Source: Candidatus Nanobsidianus stetteri
Lineage (GTDB): Archaea; Nanobdellota; Nanobdellia; Nanobdellales; Nanobdellaceae
Assembly (NCBI GenBank): GCA_000387965.1
Contig: APJZ01000002.1
Span: 120,001-152,000 of the forward strand
Direction of reading: 5' to 3'
Length of the DNA: 32,000 nucleotides
Both the position numbers and the translations under genes were made by a program. Positions within the stretch are counted from its first letter, which is position 1. Every line of letters starts with the position of its first letter. The notes under the pieces were generated by a model. That model worked only from the letters and a program-made list of their open reading frames with translations. It searched no databases and was not told where the DNA came from. Below are positions 13,999-24,177 of the stretch, in pieces.

Positions 13999-15273
13999 TT
14001 ATTCTTTATTAAAGAATTCATAAAAACTTTTTTCACCTATTTCTCCAGCAATGTTTGTTAGGAACATTTTTTTAACTTCATCATAATTTTCTGTATGTCC
14101 CAAAACATACATTAATTTTACATATGCAGTTTCTGGATGCATATCTTCCGCATATATAACTCCTAAATTATATAATAATCTTGCATTACTGTATACAAAA
14201 GGATTTGTTCTTCCAAATATTGTTTGAGATGTCATAACAAATATTGTACCTCTTTCTATTCCATATTTTATATTTTCAATCCATGAATATTTTTTATCTA
14301 TTGTATTTGTTGGTACATGTCCAAAACCTGTTCCTTCTATTACAATTCCCTTATAATTTTTATCTACATAATATTTTATTATATCTGGATCTGAACCTGG
14401 GTATGTTTTTATTAATGCAACTTTTTTACATATTTTATCATCTAAATAAGGACTATTATTATTCCTTTTTCTATAATTATTATCAATTATCTCTATTTTT
14501 TTATTATATGGAAATATTTTCGCCAATGGTAAAGAATTTATTGATTGAAATGCATCCCTTCTTTCTGTATGCATTTTTCTAACCTTTGTTCCTCTATGCG
14601 CATATGCAAAAATATCAGAACTAGTTCCATGCATTACAACTGCTATTTCTGCTATATCAGAATTATCATAAACTGCGGAAGATAATAAATTGAAAAATGC
14701 ATCTGATGATGGTCTATCTGAAGATCTCTGAGATCCTGTAATTGAAACTGGTTTGTTTAAATTTTTTATAATAAAAGATAATGCTGCTGATGTGTAGTGC
14801 ATTGTATCAGTTCCATGTAATATTGTTACTCCATTTACATCATCATTTAATAATTTTACTAATATTTTTCCAATTTCTATCCAATTATCTGGTAGCATAT
14901 CTTCTGAAGCAATTGAAAATGGGATTTCTATATTTTTAATTTCAACATAATCTAATAGGTCTGGTACAAGAGATATTAATTCTTCAAGTTTAGTTAACAT
15001 ATGTACTCCCCCAGTTCTATAATCTATTTTTGATAATATTGTACCACCAGTGGCTAATATTGATATTTTATTATTTCTACTTTCTAACTTTTTATATTCT
15101 ATATTTTCGTATTTTGATTCTATTTCTTCCTTATTTAATTCTAAAATATCCTGATTTCTTATCCCAATGTTATAACCATTTTTTAATTTTATTATTATAA
15201 ATTCGGATGTTTCATTTACTAAATAGCCTTCGAATACTCTATTATCTTTTGTTTTTATCTTTGCATATTTCAT
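13999..15273 (-). CDS. gatD: Glutamyl-tRNA(Gln) amidotransferase subunit D
   Basis: 424 aa. N-terminal AD1-like domain, then an asparaginase-like core with ILATGGTI and ILHGTDTMHYT. Confidence 0.85.
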   Translation of the reverse strand: MKYAKIKTKDNRVFEGYLVNETSEFIIIKLKNGYNIGIRNQDILELNKEEIESKYENIEYKKLESRNNKISILATGGTILSKIDYRTGGVHMLTKLEELISLVPDLLDYVEIKNIEIPFSIASEDMLPDNWIEIGKILVKLLNDDVNGVTILHGTDTMHYTSAALSFIIKNLNKPVSITGSQRSSDRPSSDAFFNLLSSAVYDNSDIAEIAVVMHGTSSDIFAYAHRGTKVRKMHTERRDAFQSINSLPLAKIFPYNKKIEIIDNNYRKRNNNSPYLDDKICKKVALIKTYPGSDPDIIKYYVDKNYKGIVIEGTGFGHVPTNTIDKKYSWIENIKYGIERGTIFVMTSQTIFGRTNPFVYSNARLLYNLGVIYAEDMHPETAYVKLMYVLGHTENYDEVKKMFLTNIAGEIGEKSFYEFFNKE

Positions 15274-15334
15274 AAAAGATTTTATGTAAGAAAATATTTT
15301 AACTTTTATTATAAAAGAAAGTATTTAACAAAAA

Positions 15335-15628
15335 TTATCCCAATGGGTAATTATAATTTGTACCATTTATATTGCATGTGATGTTTGTTGAATTATAATA
15401 ACAATCTACATATGTTTGATTTATACTATTCAAATAACATTGAGAGAAATTATAAACCTGCCCAATAAATGCATAATTCATCATATTTTGTGCACAGTCT
15501 GCATATGCTATAATATTTGAATCCATATGAATAATATCTGTTGATAAATATTGTGTAGTGGCTACTATTGATGCTGCTATAATTAATGCTGGTAATATAA
15601 ACATTGGTAGGGTAGATTCTAACTTCAT
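15335..15628 (-). CDS. Small exported or anchored Asn/Tyr/Cys-rich protein
   Basis: 97 aa. The hydrophobic N-terminus is MKLESTLPMFILPALIIAASIVATT. There are five Cys and sequons such as NFS, NQT, NST, NIT and NGT. Composition resembles the 6.0-9.4 kb cluster proteins. Confidence 0.4.
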   Translation of the reverse strand: MKLESTLPMFILPALIIAASIVATTQYLSTDIIHMDSNIIAYADCAQNMMNYAFIGQVYNFSQCYLNSINQTYVDCYYNSTNITCNINGTNYNYPLG

Positions 15629-15913
15629 AATAATGATAGTTATAATAATTTTTATAAATTTTATATTTTATGATTATCTTATAAGTTATTTAATGACAAT
15701 AATTTATACAATATTTAAAAGTTTATCTATTAATGATTATCTTAACATGATTTTTTATTTATTCAAAAAAATTTGTTAAACATTTATATAATTTATATAA
15801 TTTGTTATTTTATGTTAAAAACCATCTTAAATTTATGGAAATTTACTAAAGTCTTCAAAGAATACTATTTTTTTATAGAAATATTTTTAATATATGAAAT
15901 GCCATAACTATAA

Positions 15914-16999
15914 ATGGCAGAGAGTAATAATAAAATGGAAGACGAAATAATAGGAGTATCGCCAGGAGAGGAGTTTAAATTGATGCCAACAATAAAAATA
16001 ATAGGTGTAGGTGGGGGTGGAAGCAACATGGCAGATTGGTTATATAGGATGAATATAAAGGGTGCAGAAGTAATTGCAGCAAACACAGATTATGCTCATT
16101 TAAAGATGGTTAAAGCTCATAAAAAAATTTTATTGGGTAAGGAAGTTACAAGAGGATTGGGTGCTGGAGGTATGCCATCAAAAGGAATGGATGCTGCAAG
16201 AGCTTCTCAATCAGATTTAAGAAAATTATTAGAAGGTGCAGATATGGTTTGGATATTGTTAGGTTTAGGTGGAGGAACTGGTACAGGAGCAGCACCAGTT
16301 ATTGCACAAATAGCAAAAGAAGTTGGGGTACCACTCACAGTAGCAGTTGCAACATTACCTTTCTATAATGAAGGTGTAGTAAGAAGAGAAAAAGCTGAAG
16401 AGGGTTTAGCTCAATTAAGAAAATATGCAGATAATGTTATATTAATTGATAACAACAAAATATTACAATATGCAGGTAATTTACCATTTACACAAGCATT
16501 TGGATATGCAAATAACTTAATAGGACAAATGATAAAAGGTTTGGTAGAAACATTTGATAAAGCTTCATATATTAACTTAGATTTTGCAGATGTAAAAACA
16601 GTATTGGGTGTAGGTGGAGCTTCAATAGTAGGTATTGGAATTGCAGATGATGAAAAGAGAGCAGTAACTGCAGCAAAGAGAGCATTAGAATTACCATTGT
16701 TAGATGTTGATTATAATGGTGCAGCTGGCGCATTAGTACATGTTGAAGGTGGAGCGGATATGACATTAAATGAAATAAATGAAGCAATGGAATATATAAA
16801 GCAACATTTAGGAGAGGATGCATTAACAATAATGGGTGCAAGGCAATCTGAAGAAATGAAAGGAAAGATAAAGGTTACAGTAATCGTATCTGGAGTAAAG
16901 AGTCCATATATATTAGGAAAGTGGAAGGAAGAATGGGAATCTGGAGAATTAACAAAAGTAAGAAAAGATGCAAATTTAGGTATTGACGTACTACAATAG
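15914..16999 (+). CDS. ftsZ: Cell division protein FtsZ
   Basis: 361 aa; [10 protein letters not shown] and the tubulin signature [13 protein letters not shown]. Confidence 0.95.
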   Translation: MAESNNKMEDEIIGVSPGEEFKLMPTIKIIGVGGGGSNMADWLYRMNIKGAEVIAANTDYAHLKMVKAHKKILLGKEVTRGLGAGGMPSKGMDAARASQSDLRKLLEGADMVWILLGLGGGTGTGAAPVIAQIAKEVGVPLTVAVATLPFYNEGVVRREKAEEGLAQLRKYADNVILIDNNKILQYAGNLPFTQAFGYANNLIGQMIKGLVETFDKASYINLDFADVKTVLGVGGASIVGIGIADDEKRAVTAAKRALELPLLDVDYNGAAGALVHVEGGADMTLNEINEAMEYIKQHLGEDALTIMGARQSEEMKGKIKVTVIVSGVKSPYILGKWKEEWESGELTKVRKDANLGIDVLQ

Positions 17000-17029
17000 A
17001 CTTTTTTAATTTAATTTTATATATTTTTT

Positions 17030-18724
17030 ATGGAGTTTGCAAAGCTTGCTGAAGTTTTTAGAAAATTAGAATCTGTTTCTGAGAAAAATCAAAAAACAGA
17101 AATATTGGCAAGATTTATTAAAGAAATAGATAAAGATTCTTTAAAGGAAACATTTATGTTATTACAAGGAATGATTTTTTATCCATGGGAAGATAAAGAT
17201 ATAGGAATAGCCGAAAAATTTACTATTAGGGCCTTGTCTTTGGCTACAGGTTATGATAAAGATTATATTGAAAGTTTATTTGTAAAAACAGGAGATCTTG
17301 GGGTAGTTGCAGAGAAATTAGTATCGGAAAGAAAACAAAAATCAATATTTACAAAGAAATTAACCGTAAAAGATGTATATAATACTTTTAGAATTATAGG
17401 AGAATTGGAAGGGGAAGGAACACAAGATAAAAAGATTAAATATCTAGCTAATTTATTTATATCATCCTCACCAATAGAAGCAAAATATATTGCAAGATTA
17501 ACATTAGAAGATTTGAAAATAGGTGTTGGAGAAGGAATTATAATAGATTCTATAGCCATGGCCTTTAGTTTACCATCAGAAAATGTAGAAATTGCTTATT
17601 CAATTTTGAATGATTTTGGTGAGCTAGTAAAACAAATTTTGGAAAAGGGAAAAGATATTGTATTTAAATTAGAACCAATATTAGGAAATCCAATTAGAGT
17701 AATGTTAGCAATAAAAGCAGAGAGCGCCAAAGAGGCTTTAGATATTGTTGGAAGACCTGCACAGGTTGAATATAAATATGATGGATTCAGAGTCCAAATA
17801 CATAAAAAAGGTGATCAAATATCTTTATGGACTAGAAGATTGGAAAATGTAACAAAGCAATTTCCAGATGTAATAGAATATATTAAAGAATGTTTTCCAA
17901 ATGATAAAGATTTTTTAGTAGAGGGAGAAATTGTTGGATATGATAAAGAAAATAAAAAATATTTACCATTTCAGAGGATTTCTAGAAGAATTAGAAGAAA
18001 ATATGATATAGAAAAGATGGTTAAAGAAATACCAGTTGTTGTTAGAATTTTTGATATAATTTATTATGATGGAAAATCTTTAATAAATATACCATTTAAA
18101 GAAAGAAGAAAGATATTGGAATCAATAGTAAAGCAAGATATAAATAAAATATCATTATCAGAAAGTATAATAACATCTTCTGATGAAGAAGCTCAGAGAT
18201 TTTTTGAAGAGGCAATTAGTAATGGTTTGGAAGGTGTTATGTTTAAAAAATTGGACGCTCCATATCATCCTGGGAGAAGGGTTGGTTATATGGTCAAATT
18301 AAAACCTGTAAAAGAGTCTTTAGATGTTGTAATAGTTGGTGCTGAATGGGGGGAGGGAAAGAGGAGTGGATTGTTAACATCCTTTGTGGTTGCTGTTAGA
18401 GATGAAAAAACGGGAAAATTATTAGAAGTGGGGGAAGTTGGAAGTGGATTTAAAGAGAAAAAGGAAAGTATAGATGATGTAACATTTGAAGAAATGACAG
18501 AAATGTTAAAAGATTATATAGAAGAGCAGAATGGAAAATATGTAAAAATTAAACCAAAAATTGTAATAGAGGTATTGTATGATGAAATAGAAAAAAGTCC
18601 AAAATATTCATCTGGCTATGCACTAAGGTTTCCCAGGTTTATTAGACTTAGACCTGATAAATCTGTTGAGGATGCTGATACCATTGATAGGTTAGTAGAA
18701 CTATATAAAAGCCAAAAAAGATAA
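17030..18724 (+). CDS. lig: ATP-dependent DNA ligase
   Basis: 564 aa. Adenylation motif I is EYKYDGFRVQIH, followed by EGEIV, EGVMFK and LKPV motifs and an OB domain. Confidence 0.9.
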   Translation: MEFAKLAEVFRKLESVSEKNQKTEILARFIKEIDKDSLKETFMLLQGMIFYPWEDKDIGIAEKFTIRALSLATGYDKDYIESLFVKTGDLGVVAEKLVSERKQKSIFTKKLTVKDVYNTFRIIGELEGEGTQDKKIKYLANLFISSSPIEAKYIARLTLEDLKIGVGEGIIIDSIAMAFSLPSENVEIAYSILNDFGELVKQILEKGKDIVFKLEPILGNPIRVMLAIKAESAKEALDIVGRPAQVEYKYDGFRVQIHKKGDQISLWTRRLENVTKQFPDVIEYIKECFPNDKDFLVEGEIVGYDKENKKYLPFQRISRRIRRKYDIEKMVKEIPVVVRIFDIIYYDGKSLINIPFKERRKILESIVKQDINKISLSESIITSSDEEAQRFFEEAISNGLEGVMFKKLDAPYHPGRRVGYMVKLKPVKESLDVVIVGAEWGEGKRSGLLTSFVVAVRDEKTGKLLEVGEVGSGFKEKKESIDDVTFEEMTEMLKDYIEEQNGKYVKIKPKIVIEVLYDEIEKSPKYSSGYALRFPRFIRLRPDKSVEDADTIDRLVELYKSQKR

Positions 18725-18759
18725 TTCTATTTTTAAGCTTTTTATTATATAGATAATTT

Positions 18760-19596
18760 ATGGTTATAAGTGAGGAGTTGGTAGAAAAGATAAAGTCATC
18801 TTTTAATTTGAATACTTACGAAGCCAGAATATGGTTGGCCTTATTAATGAAAGGTGTTGCAACTGCTGGAGAATTGGCAGATATTGCAGATATACCAAGG
18901 TCAAGAGCATATGATGTTTTAGAGTCATTAGAGAAGAAAGGATTTGTAATCATGAAACTTGGTAAACCAATAAAATATCTTGCTGTTCCCCCGAATGAAG
19001 TTGTTGAGAGAGTAAAAAGAAGATATGAAGAAACTATGTCAAGAAGAATTAATGAATTGGAAAAAGTAAAAACTTCTGATTTAATAAAAGAATTGGATGC
19101 ATTACATAAATCTGGTGCTGGATCGATAGATGTTTCTGAAAAATCTGGAGCAATAAGAGGACAACAAAATATAATAAGTCATTTAGAATCAATGTTAAAA
19201 GAAGCTCAAAAACATGTTAATATTGTTACAACTCAATTGACATTTGTTAGAGATGCAATTGCATTAAAGCCAATATTTTATGAATTAAAGGAAAGACAAA
19301 TACCCGTTAGAATTATAACGCCAATAGATGAAGGGAATGCAAAATATGTTCAAGAGTTGATGAATGTAGTTGAAATATATGATGCTGGGGATTATAGAGG
19401 AAGAATTGTTACAATTGATTCTGAAGAAATATTGATGATGTTGTTTGATGAAAAAGAAGTTCCATCCTCAATGGATGTTGCTGTTTGGTTATATGCACCA
19501 GCATTGGCAAAATTCATAGATGAAATGATTGAAGTATTATTACCAAAATTAAAACCAGCACAACAAAGTTTAGTTGAAAAGAAATTAATAATATAG
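18760..19596 (+). CDS. TrmB-family transcriptional regulator
   Basis: 278 aa. The N-terminal wHTH is LNTYEARIWLALLMKGVATAGELADIADIPRSRAYDVLESLEKKGFV, followed by a coiled coil and a C-terminal effector-like domain. Confidence 0.75.
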   Translation: MVISEELVEKIKSSFNLNTYEARIWLALLMKGVATAGELADIADIPRSRAYDVLESLEKKGFVIMKLGKPIKYLAVPPNEVVERVKRRYEETMSRRINELEKVKTSDLIKELDALHKSGAGSIDVSEKSGAIRGQQNIISHLESMLKEAQKHVNIVTTQLTFVRDAIALKPIFYELKERQIPVRIITPIDEGNAKYVQELMNVVEIYDAGDYRGRIVTIDSEEILMMLFDEKEVPSSMDVAVWLYAPALAKFIDEMIEVLLPKLKPAQQSLVEKKLII

Positions 19597-19597
19597 A

Positions 19598-20203
19598 CTA
19601 TATTTTTTCAAATACTCTCTTAAAATAATCTGTTATATTTTTTATATTTTTAAATAATGGATAAAATTGCGGTTTATATACTTTGTTTCCCCATTTTTCA
19701 AAGAATATTATATCATATAAATTTGGTCTAATAGATTCTTTTGGTTTTTCATTTGGATATCCCATTGAAATTATAATATGTATATTTTTATCTTTTGGTA
19801 TTTCTAACAAATTCTTTATATTTTCTTCGTCAAAAGATCCTATCCAACAAGTTCCAATATTTTTATCTGTAGCTGATAATAATATATTTTCCGCTATTGC
19901 CGCAGTATCTTGTATTGCATATATTTGACCTTTTCCTCCATATAATGATTTTAACTTATTATCATCCGATATAATAACTATTAATGTATTTGCATCTTTT
20001 ATAAAATCTTGACCTGCTAATTCAGAAATTTTACTTATTTTTTCAGGATCTTTTACAATGATAAAATAATAATGTGATATATTTCCAGCTATTGGGGCTA
20101 ATATTCCTAAGGATAATATTTCTAATATATCCTCATATGATATATCTTCATCTAAATATTTCCTAATACTTCTTCTATTTCTTATAGCATCTTTTAATTC
20201 CAT
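19598..20203 (-). CDS. Nitroreductase-family protein
   Basis: 201 aa; AIRNRRSIRKY near the N-terminus and TCWIG in the C-terminal half. Confidence 0.7.
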   Translation of the reverse strand: MELKDAIRNRRSIRKYLDEDISYEDILEILSLGILAPIAGNISHYYFIIVKDPEKISKISELAGQDFIKDANTLIVIISDDNKLKSLYGGKGQIYAIQDTAAIAENILLSATDKNIGTCWIGSFDEENIKNLLEIPKDKNIHIIISMGYPNEKPKESIRPNLYDIIFFEKWGNKVYKPQFYPLFKNIKNITDYFKRVFEKI

Positions 20204-20236
20204 AATATTTCTTTATTTTTTGTTTTATAAAAAATT

Positions 20237-20596
20237 TTATTTTTTATATGAAAATGAAGAGAATATTATGAAGAGTAAAATTAATGAAAACTCATAATAA
20301 CTATTTATAGTATTTAATAATGATAAAAATATTATTATAGAAGTTTGTAATGCAATAATAAAGTTCTTATAATTTTTTCTATAAATTAATAGATAAATAA
20401 AAATAAATATTATTATATAGTAATTGAAGTAAATGAGAGAAATTAATATTATAAATGAAATAATCCCCATTTTTTTATAATATTTCTCAATATCATCCTC
20501 TATATATTTTCTCGTATATGTGGATACTATTAAAGCAAATGATAATATTAAGAATATTAATATTTGACTTGTTGATGGAATTATGTAATTTTCCAT
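20237..20596 (-). CDS. Hypothetical integral membrane protein
   Basis: 119 aa with about four hydrophobic segments. No family recognised. Confidence 0.4.
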   Translation of the reverse strand: MENYIIPSTSQILIFLILSFALIVSTYTRKYIEDDIEKYYKKMGIISFIILISLIYFNYYIIIFIFIYLLIYRKNYKNFIIALQTSIIIFLSLLNTINSYYEFSLILLFIIFSSFSYKK

Positions 20597-20610
20597 TTAT
20601 AATATATTCT

Positions 20611-21495
20611 ATGAATAACAATTATAATACTTTGCTTATAACTGAAAAGGGTTTAGAAAATATTACAATTGAAGAAATAGAAAAAATATTAAGTAGAAAT
20701 ATCGATTATAATATTATTGAAAAGAAAAACAAAATTTTAATTTATACAAATTTAGATTTTGAAGAAAGATTAAATTTATTATTTAATTCTAGAACAATAG
20801 ATAATATATTATATAAGAAAAAAGATAAATATAAATATTTTTTATTAAAAAATCTATATGAAAGGGGATATCAATTGAAAAAAATTGAAAAATTAAAATC
20901 AACATTGGTAAATAAAATTATATATCATTCAAATATAAGGGAAAATGAAGAAATATTGAATATAATGGATGATGGTTCTTTTTCTATAGAACAGGGTATA
21001 TATATAAAGAATATATTACCAATATTTTGGAGGAGGAAGGAAATTTCAGAATACATGAATTACTTTGAAAAATATATGAATATAAAGAAAAAAGTTAATA
21101 TTAAAATATATTGCGTTAATAAAGATAAAAATAAATTATTATTAATAGAAAGAAATTCAGAAAATGCTTTAGTAAATGATATAATATTTTTTAGAAGGTT
21201 AGATATAGAATGGATTGATTTAAAATTTAAAGAAGGATCAATTGATAAAATATTTACCTTTAGGATAAAGAAAGATTCAGAATTAAATATAAAAGATAAA
21301 TATATATTCTATCATTCAGACAAATTATTAAAAAGTAATGGAAAATTATATCTTTTATTATATAATTATGACTATAAAAAAATATTGGATAACATAAAAA
21401 ATTACATTAAAAAGTATTCTTTATTATATATTGATTCATTCTATCTATATAATTATAATAAAAGATTACTTTTAATTGTATTAGAAAAAGTTTAA
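20611..21495 (+). CDS. Hypothetical protein (possibly a degenerate THUMP/methyltransferase-like protein)
   Basis: The track ORF starts at 20518 inside the opposite gene; the in-frame ATG at 20611 (MNNNYNTLLITEKGLENITIEEIEKIL) avoids that overlap. The N-terminal pattern recalls THUMP RNA methylases, but no clear SAM motif was seen. Confidence 0.3.
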   Translation: MNNNYNTLLITEKGLENITIEEIEKILSRNIDYNIIEKKNKILIYTNLDFEERLNLLFNSRTIDNILYKKKDKYKYFLLKNLYERGYQLKKIEKLKSTLVNKIIYHSNIRENEEILNIMDDGSFSIEQGIYIKNILPIFWRRKEISEYMNYFEKYMNIKKKVNIKIYCVNKDKNKLLLIERNSENALVNDIIFFRRLDIEWIDLKFKEGSIDKIFTFRIKKDSELNIKDKYIFYHSDKLLKSNGKLYLLLYNYDYKKILDNIKNYIKKYSLLYIDSFYLYNYNKRLLLIVLEKV

Positions 21496-21508
21496 AAATG
21501 ATTTAATT

Positions 21509-21694
21509 ATGAATTTTATTATGGATATAACTGAATTAGAAAAGACGAATGTATTGAAAAACTTAATAGTAAGCGATACAGTAGTAAAATTTACATGTCC
21601 AAACTGTGGACAAGGAATAATAATAAGGAGTAATAAAGAAAAGAAATGGGGTTTGGAATGGAAATGCCCAGTTTGTGGTTATACTGGACCATAA
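21509..21694 (+). CDS. Zn-ribbon protein (COG2888-like, conserved upstream of aEF-1beta)
   Basis: 61 aa; CPNCG...CPVCG. Its position immediately upstream of ef1b is the arrangement seen in many archaea. Confidence 0.6.
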   Translation: MNFIMDITELEKTNVLKNLIVSDTVVKFTCPNCGQGIIIRSNKEKKWGLEWKCPVCGYTGP

Positions 21695-21695
21695 A

Positions 21696-21974
21696 ATGGG
21701 AAGATATGTAGTTATAACATTAAAGATATCTCCAAATGATGTTGATATAGATTTAGAAAAAGTAAATGAGAAAGTAAAGGATATAATAAAAAATTTTGGT
21801 GGTCAATATTTATCTCATGAAATACAACCAATAGCCTTTGGATTAAATTCTTTAAATGTTAAATTTTTATATCCAGATCAAGAATTTAATGAAGAGGAAC
21901 TATTAAATCAAATAAATAGTATAGAAGGAGTGAGTAGTTCTGAAGTTATTTCAGTATCCCTGGCCCAATTATAA
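21696..21974 (+). CDS. Translation elongation factor aEF-1 beta
   Basis: The track ORF begins at GTG 21675; the ATG at 21696 gives MGRYVVITLKISPNDVDIDLEKV...IQPIAFGLNSLNVKF, typical of aEF-1beta at about 92 aa. Confidence 0.8.
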   Translation: MGRYVVITLKISPNDVDIDLEKVNEKVKDIIKNFGGQYLSHEIQPIAFGLNSLNVKFLYPDQEFNEEELLNQINSIEGVSSSEVISVSLAQL

Positions 21975-23878
21975 TGTATATTTTTAAAGAATTTTCAGAA
22001 TTAAATATAAAGGAATTAAAAAATGAAATAGAAAAAGAAAGACAATTGATTAAAGATATAAAAGCAGGAAAAATATATAAGGAACAAAAAGAATTAATAA
22101 AGGTTATTTTATTTATTGTAGAATCACCAAATAAAGTAAAAACAATTTCTTCATTTTTCGGAAGACCATCGATAAGAAATATTGGAGGATTATCTGTTTA
22201 TGAAGTTTCTTTAGGAAATATGTATTTGCTAATTACCGCATCAAAAGGTCATATTTTAGAATTAACAACAGACAATATTGGTTTATTTGGTATAGAAAGA
22301 AAGGATGGGATATTTTATCCATATTACAATACAATTAAAAAATGTTTATCTTGCGGAAGCCAATTTACTGAATATAAAGATGGAAAATGTCCATATTGTG
22401 GTTCTACAAATGTTGATGATTCAATAAATAGAATAAAGGCTCTACAGGAATTGGCTATGGAAGTTGATCAAATTATAATTGGAACAGATCCAGATACAGA
22501 AGGTGAAATGATTGCATATTCTTTATATTTAGTATTATATCCGTTTAATAGAAATATTAAAAGGGCAGAATTTCATGAGGTTACGAAAACAGCAATATTA
22601 AATGCATTGGAAAATTTAAGAGATATTGATTTAAATTTAGTAAAATCTCAGGTTGTTAGAAGAATTGAAGATAGATGGTTGGGATTTAGTTTATCCCAAA
22701 TTGTTCAAAAATATTTTAATAAAAATTGGTTATCTGCTGGAAGAGTACAAACTCCTGTTCTTGGTTGGATAATTAACAGATTTGATGAAAGAAATAAATC
22801 TAAATCATATATTTTAGAATTAAAATTAGAGAATGATAGAAAATTATATATAGATACTGAAGTAAAGAATAGGAGAGAGATAAATAAAATTATAAAGAAT
22901 ATAAAGGATAAAGAAATAAATATAGTTGATTATAAAGAGGAAAAAGAAGAAATTCAACCTTTACCTCCATATATTACTAGTACAATTTTACAGGATGCGA
23001 ATAATATATTAAAGATTGGCGTAGATAGAATAATGCAAATATTACAAGAACTATTTGAATCTGCATTAATAACTTATCATAGAACGGATTCTACAAGGAT
23101 ATCACCTTTAGGTATATCTATTGCAAAAGATTATATAAGTCAAAAATTTGGAGAAAATTATTTTATAGCAAGATCATGGGGAGAAGGGGGAGCACATGAA
23201 GCAATTAGACCTACAAGACCTTTAGATGTAGATATGTTAAGAAATTCTATAGAAAATGGAGAAATTGATGTATATATTAATATGACAAGATATCATTATA
23301 TAATTTATGATTTAATATTTACCAGGTTTATTCAGTCACAAATGAAACCAGTTTCTGTAATTAAATATACAGAAAAGATAAAAATACCAGAAATAAATAA
23401 AGAAATTGAATTAAGTGGTGTAAAAGATGTAATAGATCATGGGTGGGATTTAATATTTCCATTTAGAATTAATATTATGAAAATACAACCAATACAAAAT
23501 GGAGTAAAAATTGTTGAAGCTATAGGTAAAAAAGTACCAAAGGTTAGATTATATTCCCAAGCGGATATTATTAATTTAATGAAGGAGAAAGATATAGGAA
23601 GACCATCAACATATGCTATGATAGTAAAGAAAGTAATGGAGAGAGGTTATGTAATAAATAAAAGTAATAATCTAATTCCAACGAAATTGGGAATAGAGGT
23701 GTATAACTTTTTAGAAAAAAATTTTGGGGATTTTGTTTCTGAGAAAAGAACAAGAGATTTAGAAGAAATTATGGATAAAATTTCTGAAAATAAAGAAGAT
23801 TATAGAAAAGTACTTGAAAGTATATATGATGAGACAAATATGATAATTGAAAAAGGAAAAAATATACAAAAAGAATAA
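21974..23878 (+). CDS. rgy: Reverse gyrase, topoisomerase IA half only (no helicase domain in this ORF)
   Basis: 634 aa. The Toprim IVESPNKVKTISSFFGRPS...ASKGHILEL carries an inserted Zn finger CLSCG...CPYCGS. This is followed by GTDPDTEGEMIAYS, RAEFHEVT, RRIEDRWLGFSLS and the catalytic-Tyr context ITYHRTDS. The upstream neighbour is ef1b, not a helicase. Confidence 0.85.
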   Translation: MYIFKEFSELNIKELKNEIEKERQLIKDIKAGKIYKEQKELIKVILFIVESPNKVKTISSFFGRPSIRNIGGLSVYEVSLGNMYLLITASKGHILELTTDNIGLFGIERKDGIFYPYYNTIKKCLSCGSQFTEYKDGKCPYCGSTNVDDSINRIKALQELAMEVDQIIIGTDPDTEGEMIAYSLYLVLYPFNRNIKRAEFHEVTKTAILNALENLRDIDLNLVKSQVVRRIEDRWLGFSLSQIVQKYFNKNWLSAGRVQTPVLGWIINRFDERNKSKSYILELKLENDRKLYIDTEVKNRREINKIIKNIKDKEINIVDYKEEKEEIQPLPPYITSTILQDANNILKIGVDRIMQILQELFESALITYHRTDSTRISPLGISIAKDYISQKFGENYFIARSWGEGGAHEAIRPTRPLDVDMLRNSIENGEIDVYINMTRYHYIIYDLIFTRFIQSQMKPVSVIKYTEKIKIPEINKEIELSGVKDVIDHGWDLIFPFRINIMKIQPIQNGVKIVEAIGKKVPKVRLYSQADIINLMKEKDIGRPSTYAMIVKKVMERGYVINKSNNLIPTKLGIEVYNFLEKNFGDFVSEKRTRDLEEIMDKISENKEDYRKVLESIYDETNMIIEKGKNIQKE

Positions 23879-23909
23879 ACTTATATATAAGTTATTTTAA
23901 TATTAATTA

Positions 23910-24119
23910 ATGGCTGTTAGGGGAATAAAAGTTGGAGATGTATATGAAGTAGAGATAAAGAGTTTGACACAAAGGGGAGATGGATTTGCTAGGATAAATG
24001 GAGTTGCTACTTTTGTAAAGAATGTAAATGTTGGTTGGAAAGGTAATGTAAAAGTTGTTAAAGTTGGTCCTACTTATGTAGTTGCTGAACCTGTTGTATC
24101 TGAAGAATCTAAAGAGTGA
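23910..24119 (+). CDS. TRAM domain protein
   Basis: 69 aa; GDVYEVEIKSLTQRGDGFARINGVATFVKN...VKVVKV is the TRAM OB-like pattern. Confidence 0.7.
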   Translation: MAVRGIKVGDVYEVEIKSLTQRGDGFARINGVATFVKNVNVGWKGNVKVVKVGPTYVVAEPVVSEESKE

Positions 24120-24124
24120 TTTTT

Positions 24125-24138
24125 AAAGATTTATAAAA
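24125..24138 (+). promoter_or_regulatory. BRE/TATA-like element AAAGATTTATAAAA upstream of rpl7ae
   Basis: Exact copy of the 14-mer at 1100 and 24618, located 40 nt before ATG 24178. Confidence 0.5.
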
Positions 24139-24177
24139 TATTTTTTTAAGATATTTTTTTATCAAAATGATGATATC

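Noticed and set aside
14703-14731. CTGATGA followed by two CTGA boxes on the plus strand inside gatD, and similar isolated TGATGA hits within coding regions (for example 2582, 16645, 18180, 23826, 28184 on the plus strand; 14079, 14850, 15478, 30870 on the minus strand).
   Set aside because: I checked each for CTGA at 11-13 nt downstream and for a second box pair; none has the required spacing. They are explained by Asp/Glu/Met codons (GAT GAT GAA, ATG ATG) in the coding frames.
15670-15744. Exact 12-mer ATGATTATCTTA repeated at 15670 and 15733 in the 285-bp spacer upstream of ftsZ, plus a tandem ATTTATATA nearby.
   Set aside because: A single 12-nt match in a spacer that is mostly A+T is only borderline unexpected by a rough estimate. 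There is no inverted partner or recognisable motif. It could be a regulator site, but the evidence is too thin.
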